64,000 nucleotides of DNA. Origin: Phoronis australis. Taxonomy: Eukaryota > Animalia > Phoronida. The stretch's first letter is position 1; each line of letters starts with the position of its first letter. The notes beneath the pieces were generated by a model. That model had not been told where the DNA came from. It saw nothing but the letters and a program-made list of their open reading frames with translations, and searched no databases. The position numbers were made by a program, and so were the translations under genes. Positions 55,645 through 64,000 of the stretch are shown one piece after another. The DNA lies in the NCBI GenBank assembly GCA_002633005.1, contig NMRA01000005.1, positions 1,222,101 through 1,286,100 on the forward strand, written 5' to 3'.

Positions 55645-55849
55645 GTTCATAAACTACGGAAAGAGAACCAGGGTCACGATGGTGAGATTAAGGTGTTACG
55701 TGACAGTCTACACCAGAAGGAGGCTGAACTGAACGGTCTGAAGCAAGAAAAGGTTCACATTATTGACCAGCACATGAGGGAACACACTGAGAAACAGAGA
55801 GAGTTTGAGCGCGTACGAGAACGCATCACCACACAACTGCAGTTTAAAG
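55645..55849 (+). CDS. ATRIP: ATRIP exon (coiled coil)
   Basis: ttcag|GTT CAT AAA ... TTT AAA G|gtagaa; contains DGEIKVLRDSL and TTQLQFK, matching the ATRIP GEIKILRDSL...LQFK coiled coil. Confidence 0.9.
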
Positions 55850-56444
55850 GTAGAATACTGACTCCTGGTGGCTATTGATTGTACTGTAAAATCTCATCAA
55901 TGCGAGCCAAATAATTGCTAAAATTACTTTTTTCTGCAATAATCACTTGCAGGAGTCTCAGAGTCTGTGAACCATTTTCATGCCCATTATCCAGTGGAAA
56001 AAACTGGTTATTAAAATAATTTTGGGGAAATTTCCACAACTTTTCCAAATATTTATACTGGTAGCTGTTAAACAGTACCTGAACACGGAAAAACATGAAA
56101 CTGGTGCTATTTCGTAGAAAAATGGGAAAATTTAACTTCCCTTGTTTGCCAAACTGTGTCCTAAATTGATGAGATTTTACTGCTGTTCAATAGATCGCTA
56201 CCATTACTGCAAACTAACCGCGCCTTTGCTCTTGACTGCTTGGTTCTTATTTAGTTCGAGTTCAGGTAAGAAGTTGCTGTTGTCAAATACATTGTGTTGT
56301 TTCTGGTGTTTTGATATTACTGTCTCAAATTGATACCACATAAAAAATTACAATAACATAGAAACATAACGAATATTAAATAAATTTAAGTGTAATCTTT
56401 GGACTTTGCTAAACATGAGAACATGTTTTATCCAATTTTTCAAG

Positions 56445-56810
56445 AGCGTGAGTTGCAAGAGTCACAGAGCCAGTTCCGTGGATTGGAGAAGAAACTTCAG
56501 CAAGCACGAAAAGAAAGCCAAAATTCAGTCGGCTACTCGGACCATTCTGATTCATCGAATAAAACGTCGCCGAAATCGAAATACCGGAAAACAAAGCAGT
56601 TGCGATCGGATGACTCGCCTCAAGGATTCCCTACACCGCATTCTTTTGGCGCCATTGAAAAGATGCAGCCCATCTGTAGCACTGTCACGATGTCAACAAA
56701 ATGTACAGATACGCATGACTTGGTAGAGGGGGGTGGTCTCCGTAGTCGTATTACTTCTTATGTCGAGGAAACACCACCTGTTGATAGATTACACATAAGT
56801 ATGCCTCAAG
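56445..56810 (+). CDS. ATRIP: ATRIP exon
   Basis: ttttcaag|AG CGT GAG ... CAA G|gtaagc; ERELQESQSQF...SPQGFPTPHSF (ATRIP-like FPT..SF motif and SP sites). Confidence 0.85.
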
Positions 56811-56938
56811 GTAAGCAGAGCGCCATCTTGTGGTGACGGATGGTTAGCTATGTGGCACTCCCATTCCCACTCGTCTGCGGAAATATTTTACTAACTATTA
56901 AGGTGAGGTCATTGTTTCCGCAAAACAAACAAATGCTA

Positions 56939-57367
56939 CCGGGATTTTCTGTAGATAAGCCCGTGAGCGTGTATTCAGAAATGAAAACTTTCATACGTTT
57001 TAGTAACACTAAATAAATGCCTTGTTGTTTATTCGGTAAAGGGAGCGTGTAAACGGAAAGTCATAGGTTTCCTTACTGTGACATTTTTTCTTAAAAATGT
57101 GTGTTTAAGTTTTATGTTAATAAATGCATAGTTCACCAGAACTGTGTTTGTTTTTATAAATGATAAATGTTCCCCAAACCTGAATTTGTGACTGAAAGTT
57201 GACACTTAGTGGGCTTTTAAGAGGAAAGTTTTGCTAATTAACACCCCACTATCTGGACACTTGACACCTGTCAGTTGTTACACCAAATAAACACCCATTG
57301 GGCATTATTTTATGAATAAACACCCATGGGGGTTTCATCGGGTGGGCTTATCTACGGAAAACTCTGG
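56939..57367 (+). mobile_element. Family C TA-flanked MITE
   Basis: ta|ccgggattttctgtagataagccc ... gggcttatctacggaaaactctgg|ta. Confidence 0.8.
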
Positions 57368-57479
57368 TAATCGTAAGTTGTAATTGAATTGCCCACAAAT
57401 ACATCATTTACTTGTGTACCTTGTTTCTTATAAAAAAGCTTACTTCTCTATGCTGTGCATCGTTTCATTCGAATTCCAG

Positions 57480-57630
57480 GTGTTGTGAGTGCTTCACAAC
57501 TTGTGAGCCATCTTCTATCCAAGGACCAATCCAATAGTATTGTACCGCTCTTGAGTGAACGTCCAATGAAGTTTGACTTCCAACAGTTGAAACAACACAA
57601 AATGGCCACCTCTCCCTCCAAATCAAAAAG
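57480..57630 (+). CDS. ATRIP: ATRIP exon
   Basis: ttccag|GT GTT GTG ... AAA AG|gtaatt; GVVSASQLVSHLLSKDQSNSIVPLLS...; phase 1-2 bridges the flanking exons; missed by the ORF track. Confidence 0.78.
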
Positions 57631-57679
57631 GTAATTACTTAGGAAGACTAGTTGTATCCATTGCTCTTCAACCTTCATA

Positions 57680-59285
57680 CAAGGCTTGGAATTTTCCGTG
57701 GAAACGCGGATTTCTTCTTTTTCCTTTTAGTCCTTCTGCGTATTTTTGTTATACTTCCGCAGAAAAAAATTGGATTTGCCATGAAATTATCACGGCAAAT
57801 TGGTTTTCCACCGTGGCGTTGCCGACGGCTCGAAAAGCGGAAACTGCTCTTTATGTTTCGGAGGAACGGAAATTGTAATTGCGGAGAACAGGCGCTCGAA
57901 TTTCCCGGTGACTCGTAACCATATACAAGAAACATGCTTTCTTAGTAGTGAGTGATGTCAGAGGCAATCGAGGAACAGATAATTTCAAGCGCCTGTGCCT
58001 GGGATAGCGTGGTTCATCATTGGCGTCTGCATTTGGTATAAAATAGCGGCGTCAAATAGTGCGATTCTGCGGTCAAAAATGCATGGAGCATGGAGTAGAC
58101 AGAATATTTCGTGGAAAAGTGGAGAAACGGTCAATGTCTTCACAAACAACGTAAGTCAAGGTTTGTTCTCTGTAAACTTTGAGAGAGGAACAGTTACGGA
58201 GTTCGTGGGCGAGACGCCTCGGACTAAGTTGGAGTCGGAGGACCGACTGAAAACGATGAAACGCTAGAAATAACAACGCTTCCTGAAAGGAAATTCAACC
58301 GTAACCGGTTATTCGTTCGATTGGAATCGTGGGGTGTGAGTGATGTATGAAATTCTTTTGTTTGATCCCACATGCATGCGCCCGTTGTCGTTGGCTGCTA
58401 AGCCCTAGCTAAGGCCTGACCGCTTGAGTGTGATTTTCTACGTGCTGCCGAAACAGGATACAAAGTGCTTATTTCCTTACTGCAAATGCGCTTTAAATTG
58501 CCTTTTATGTATTTCAATTTGTCTTGACATTTTCCGTGTTCTATTTTGTGACTCGAGTTTTGCAGTTTTAGAGAAGTGATCATGTGACAGATTCTGAATG
58601 ATCTGATTGGTCTAAGCCATTGTCTGCAAATTCTGCCAAACTATTTTCAGTGTCCTGATAGAACTTTATTTCTTATGTCACATAGTTTCTTCTACACCAG
58701 CGTGGCTTATGAACAATTAACTCCTTTAATTACTGTTTGCAACTAAAAAGTTTGGCCAACTTAGGATTGTGATTAATGCACTCTATATAAAGTATGTTGT
58801 TTTTGACTTTCATTTTTCCATGCTAACAGTTGGAGTATGAGCCACAGGCTTCCGTCTTGACTTTTTTCCATTTGTGTTGGAAATAAAATCTTTCTTGGAA
58901 TTAAATGTTTATGTATTTCAGGTTTTCTAGATAATCTATGGATTGATTTTTATTTTTTTTTTGTAATTTTGTATCGTAATTATAAGAATTGAAAATCATT
59001 TTATAGGTCTCCCTCAGTGCAACAAATCAAGAATAAGCTCCTGCCACTCAGACTGCAAATTTTTCATCATTATCATTATTATTTTAATTTAAAAAAATAT
59101 TTTTTGTTGCATCTAATTGCCTTCATTGTTGTTGCTGAAATAGATATCAGGTACTGCTTAAGATGAGTGCGTTTTGCCAACACGACACAGTAACTTTCGA
59201 TCTGTTGAGGTATGGTTTAGATTGAAATGTGTATTTAGGGCCGTAAAAATTTCCTCTTTTTTGTCATGGGTCATTCCAAGCCCTG
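57680..59285 (-). mobile_element. Family E long (1.6 kb) element with 6-bp TSD, in an ATRIP intron
   Basis: ttcata|caaggcttggaattt ... tcattccaagccctg|ttcata; the right end is the reverse complement of the family E left end. Confidence 0.85.
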
Positions 59286-59306
59286 TTCATAGCAGTAGAG
59301 CATAAT

Positions 59307-59341
59307 ATGTATGTATGTATGTATGTATGTATATAAGTATG
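59307..59341 (+). repeat. (TATG)n microsatellite
   Basis: Directly visible. Confidence 0.85.
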
Positions 59342-60086
59342 TGCGCAATGTAAACGTAGTAATAACAACCGTTAGTAAAGCACAATATCAATATTCGGTA
59401 GATGGAAACAAGTATCCTGAGCACTGTATTAAAGTAGCATTTTGCCTCGTTTGATTGACTAAAAATGAAAATCGAATTGGTCTTCTGCTCAGATAAAATT
59501 GGGCTTGCCAGATTCCTTGCCCATCTAGCATTCTATTTAGGTCACCAACTGTGACCCAATTTTATGAGAGTAGAAGGCCACGTTCAATATTCGTTTTTTC
59601 ACCGGATAAGCGGGCACAGTCCAGCTTTAAGCTTGCGCCAACGCTTTTTAGAAGCACGTTGAGCATATTGTGCCAAACTAAGTCTCGTGCTCATCACCTT
59701 GTTTAGTTGAAAGTTGACCTAGGAAGAATGAATGAAAGCATTGTTTGCTTTTAAACATATCATAGACTTAATTAGTGTCAACATACGGTAAACCTTGCTT
59801 GTTGAATCTTATTTCAATTCGAAGTTAAGTATATGATTTGGTTGTTTTAGTGCATGCTCATGGCCCTTTGGATATTGGATAAGTTATCATACCTGGACAA
59901 ACTATCTACGTCCAGAAGGCTCAAACATAGGCAAATTATGCTGTTTCCCCGTTTGACGTCTTTCGTTAAAGATTGCATGGCCAGGTTGTGTTTACAATCC
60001 ATGCAAACACTTTTTGAATAGAGCAGTTTCTTCAGTATTTCACTACTCAGCATATCTTGCCTGACAGTATGTGATTTTACTTTCAG

Positions 60087-60861
60087 TTCTCAATTTGGGA
60101 CCAGTGCTAAAACCAACAACAGCAAAATGAAACAGACAGCACAGCCTATTGTCAGTCACCAAAACCATTCTGCTGCAATGGATGCCATACAAAACCTTCT
60201 TGGTGCAAGTGGTTCTGGAGCTGTATCCAAGGAAACAGATTTGCTGCTGGGACTTGTAAATCCCCGATTATTGTTTACGTTTACCGGGTCTGCCCCAGAA
60301 GTGACAGCCAGAGAATTTGCTGCAACATGGGTAGCTGGCGATGCTATATGTCTTCTTCCGTTATTGCATGACTACCTGCGGGCATACTTGGAGTGTCTTT
60401 ACAATTCCTGGATTTTTGACAAGACAAGTTTGGACATGGACGCTGGTAGCAATGTCTCGCTTCAGGAGTCCTTGAACTCGAGTAGGGAGTATGCAACTAC
60501 ATTGAAGACTAGGACATTTACATCACTGGAGATCATTAGGTCTCTGGTTTACTATTGTAAGCCGGTGGCTGTGGAACTTGCAAGCAAGACGCTGCGAACT
60601 AGTGAAACGAAGACGATACTGTCAAAAACGACTGATGCAGGGCCAGAGGTCGTTGTCGTAGATTCTGATGAAGACTCTCAGCCTCGTCCGAGCACATCTA
60701 AACTACAACTTAGTCGAAAATTAAAAAGGACGAGTGACTTTGGGAAAACTGTACCCACGACGATGGAAAGTATTAACGAAGCCACTGAAAGTCTTCTGTC
60801 GGACAGCAGCCATATTGTTGACACTGTTGTTGATATTTTGTTGTTTTTGGTCAAAGAGAGG
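60087..60861 (+). CDS. ATRIP: ATRIP large exon (helical/HEAT region)
   Basis: tttcag|T TCT CAA ... GAG AGG|gtgagt; 258 open codons including AICLLPLLHDYLRAY and SLEIIRSLVYYC. Confidence 0.85.
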
Positions 60862-62174
60862 GTGAGTTGCTGCTCTTTGAAATTTAGGCTCTTGCTGATA
60901 GAGTGCAAATGCAGTTATGGTGGGAATTGGGAATTTTTTCAGAATTGATTAATCAGAAACCATTTCCTATTCCAGGCTCAATTTTGAAAGACATTGTCAC
61001 TAAGTGCTGGTAAGGTTGTTCTCTATGATAGGTAATGCGACCAAATCAAAACACGGAGGTTTTGTTTCTCTAGCAATTATCAGATGACGTTCCCCTACGG
61101 TACCAGATAAAGATTTGCGAGCAGCTGAGGTGACTTTGCCCCATTTAAGTGACTTATTAATTTTTTGCAATGTTAGATGAAGATTTCCAGTAGTGCCACA
61201 CATGTGAAATTTCAATTTCTTGTGTGGTCGCGAAATCAGTTTGGAAGTAATGTTCTTTTTAGTGGCATTGTCTACGTCAAGTCAACAAATTTAATACTAA
61301 CATGCTGTTGCAATTTCATACTTTACTACCCAAACTTATACAAATTTTTCCTTACTCGCTACCTAAAAGGTAAATTGTAAACCAGCTTGATGTTCCTCAC
61401 AAAATATGTGTGTAACATTGCTATGGAATGATGATAACCTGGTTCCCATCTATCCATTTATGGCATCAACAAGTAAAGTCTGTCAAACTACCATTCATTT
61501 TGAACCCCTTCAGCATTGGTCTGTTTGGTGTCATTCGCATGTGTTCACTCAATTGGTTTTGTTGGTAGACAAGGTAGTCAAGTTCATAATTAGCTTAATT
61601 ATGATGTAAGCAGAAATATACTGAGTGTTTTACTGGAGCTTCAATATTGTGTAATGAAACGTTTTCTGTTTGGTGTGATGTCATCTCCTAAGAGTGTTGG
61701 ATGTTTTCATTCTCTCAATTTAACGACTGAATGAGAATATATCCATGTACCTAACCCATATTGTCAACTACTTGAAAGCCTCTTTGGGTTGGTACGATAT
61801 TGTACAAGACGAAGGTAATCAGACAAAATACCGTTAATTTTCTCTCTGTCATAACAGCTAATTCTGTTAACAGCAAACATAACTGGAAATAACTATTAAG
61901 GTGCCAAATTCTAATTACAGAATAGCTTAACCACCTTACAGACTTGCCTGTAAATTCCCCTTCATTCTCAGTCATCAGTGGAGACTACTCTGATGCTAAA
62001 TGTGGCTTCCTATCATGACAGGGAATTACCGGTCATTTTGTCGGAATACTTTTGGCTTGTTCTGTAATTTTGACAATTGACTGAGCACAGTCTGTCTTCT
62101 CAAAAGTTCAAGTTAAAATTGTGTGTTACTGGGCTTTTATTTGAACTATCTAGTTGTTTTACTCCTTGTTACAG

Positions 62175-62266
62175 GCCATGGATAAGAATGCTGTTGCTAT
62201 GGCTTGTTCTTGCTTGGATACACTTAGTGCTGTTGCCGAGGCATTAGACCGCGAGCAGCTGGACAG
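62175..62266 (+). CDS. ATRIP: ATRIP exon
   Basis: ttacag|GCC ATG GAT ... GAC AG|gtttgt; AMDKNAVAMACSCLDTLSAVAEALDREQLD; phase 0-2. Confidence 0.8.
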
Positions 62267-63414
62267 GTTTGTTGAATAGGGACTGAAGATGGTCAAATAA
62301 AAGTAGAACTTATTTCAATATACGGGGGATCTTCGAAGTAGTTTAAGGTTGGAAAAAGTTTTCGTGGAGTTCTTTCGAGATTGTTCTGTGGATCTGCCAT
62401 GAGTCACATACATGCCAAATGTGGTCAGGTTGCCATTGTTTTTCTCAATTTCTGATATTTGAAATGACAGTCAAAATATGGTAATCACCTGTCCACAGAG
62501 GTGTCTCCAGATGTCTATAATCAAGCTTTGTACAAAGCTGAATGTGAGCGCTGTAATCAACAGCGAGTTTTATTCCAAAAGAGCTCCTTTGGGGTTTTAT
62601 CATGCAATAACGATTGTAAGTGATTTTTACCTCAAGGGATACTGGACATTTCTTACAGAGCCTCCTGGGATACCTGTCAGAAATTCTTGGAAAATGTCTT
62701 GATTGTTACAATTTACGGGCTGCCCAAGGCTGCTCGTGCACTTACGAACAGACCTCCTCACTTACGAACTCAGACCTGGACACTCATTTCACTGGCTCAC
62801 AAACTTGTGGCAGCACTGCCCAAAGAATGGCTTATGCACCCAAAAAGCACGACTCATGGACGCGCACCTACTAACAAACATGGCTCAAAGACTGTAAGCT
62901 CAGTTCCAGTACCACAGACTCTTCATTGCTCATCCTTGTCTTTGCTAGTAGATGTGAAATCATGAGTTGTGCTTTGTGAGTGGGGCAATAGTTTGTGAAT
63001 CAGTGGGATGAATTTAGTGGTTTGTGAGGCATGTTGTTCTTCTAGCCTGAACGTACATGGATGAGAACATAATGCAAGTCTACGCCTGATTACAGCAACA
63101 CTGAACCTTCAAACTGGAGTTTGTAGGTTGAATTTGAGGATCATTAAGTTCAAGTTTGGATTGTGTATTCACCTCACTAAATCAGACATTTGCTTTAAGT
63201 TATACTAAATGTAGAATTGAAATTATCAAAATTAAGTTGGAGTTTGACTTCAAAGTGTGACAATGTATTTCAATCTAGATGCATCTTCTCAGTTTTGAAT
63301 AAAAAGTAAGCTCATTGATGGTGGACACATCCTTTAAATATATAATATGTAAAAACTCGGCTGAGTCTAAAAGTCTATTCAAATCAACTGCTTTTCCATA
63401 TAATTTTCTACAAG

Positions 63415-63557
63415 GTTTGTTCCTGTTGTCAAGATGGCCGACTTTACCGCCATGTTAGATGCTGAGTGGGATATACTGTTACTCCAAAAGACTCTCAAGT
63501 TGATGTCTGCACTGGTGCCGTCCAATCATTTCGTCACGTGTCTTTGTACGCAGAATG
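63415..63557 (+). CDS. ATRIP: ATRIP exon; the gene continues beyond the window
   Basis: ttctacaag|G TTT GTT CCT ... AAT G|gtaagt; FVPVVKMADFTAMLDAEWDILLLQKTLKLMSALVPSNHFVTCLCTQN. Confidence 0.8.
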
Positions 63558-64000
63558 GTAAGTCTGACGAAGTGGGCGAATTTAAAGGCTGTTTTTCTTT
63601 CAAAATGAGCGCCTGCAAATAGAATGCAGGTGGGTGAAATGATTGTTTTATAAAACAGCGTTTGGTGCATCACTGCCATTTGAGGTACAACTTCCATGTT
63701 TTCATTTGCTTTGTTAGTTATGTTGCATTTATTTTTTTTTAATTCCCGGCCGCACTGCCACAGTCCTGCATTCATGTTGGACTGAAACCATGTTGGAATT
63801 GAAATATGGTATAAATTTCACAATTAAACAACTGCATGCAAGCTACGTATAATTTTATGTGAGGACTTTGTTAGCTCAGGGCAAGTCCTATCCATAGGTT
63901 TCTTAAAAAGCTCGATTCTTTTCTGAAAATGTGTAAAGGAGAAAATAAAACCACTCCCACCTGTGTGACATTGGTTCAAATGCAGTGCGTCTGCATCAAA

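Noticed and set aside
57995-58267. ORF inside the long family E element as a possible transposase remnant
   Set aside because: No BED finger, DDE or hAT dimerisation motif could be recognised.
59007-59150. Open phase 2-2 frame between an AG and a GT in an ATRIP intron
   Set aside because: Extremely AT-rich low-complexity sequence inside a transposon, giving an implausible peptide.
62620-62965. Overlapping ORFs with Cys/His residues, vaguely like a non-LTR retrotransposon zinc knuckle
   Set aside because: Motif fragments fall in different frames and are too degenerate to call without BLASTX; the ATRIP model does not need them.

Overview
AT-rich, intron-rich animal (invertebrate-like) genomic DNA, not prokaryotic. 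Three spliced protein-coding genes can be rebuilt by hand with consistent GT-AG sites and reading phases. (1) A calcium/calmodulin-dependent protein kinase I (CaMKI) gene on +, with eight coding exons from 11929 to 37373; its first coding exon was not found and probably lies upstream of the window. (2) NDUFB11 (complex I ESSS subunit) on -, three exons from 48334 to 44973, 157 aa, complete. (3) An ATRIP orthologue on +, eight coding exons from 53356 to 63557, continuing past the window and head-to-head with NDUFB11. Non-coding DNA is crowded with non-autonomous DNA transposons: TA-flanked Tc1/mariner/pogo-like, hAT-like with 8-, 6- and possibly 5-bp TSDs, Harbinger-like, foldbacks and a Helentron-associated HINE. 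Several are nested, with the empty site visible elsewhere in the window. The most notable observations are a tandem repeat that multiplies the splice donor and last codons of the CaMKI calmodulin-binding exon (candidate in-frame SKAKWR micro-exon), a HINE carrying a co-oriented array of CTCF-like motifs between convergent genes, a transposon family with 6-bp TSDs in three copies, and a candidate NDUFB11/ATRIP bidirectional promoter. I found no tRNA, rRNA, CRISPR array or intact transposase. No wholly new gene system can be supported from the sequence alone, so the findings are hypotheses.
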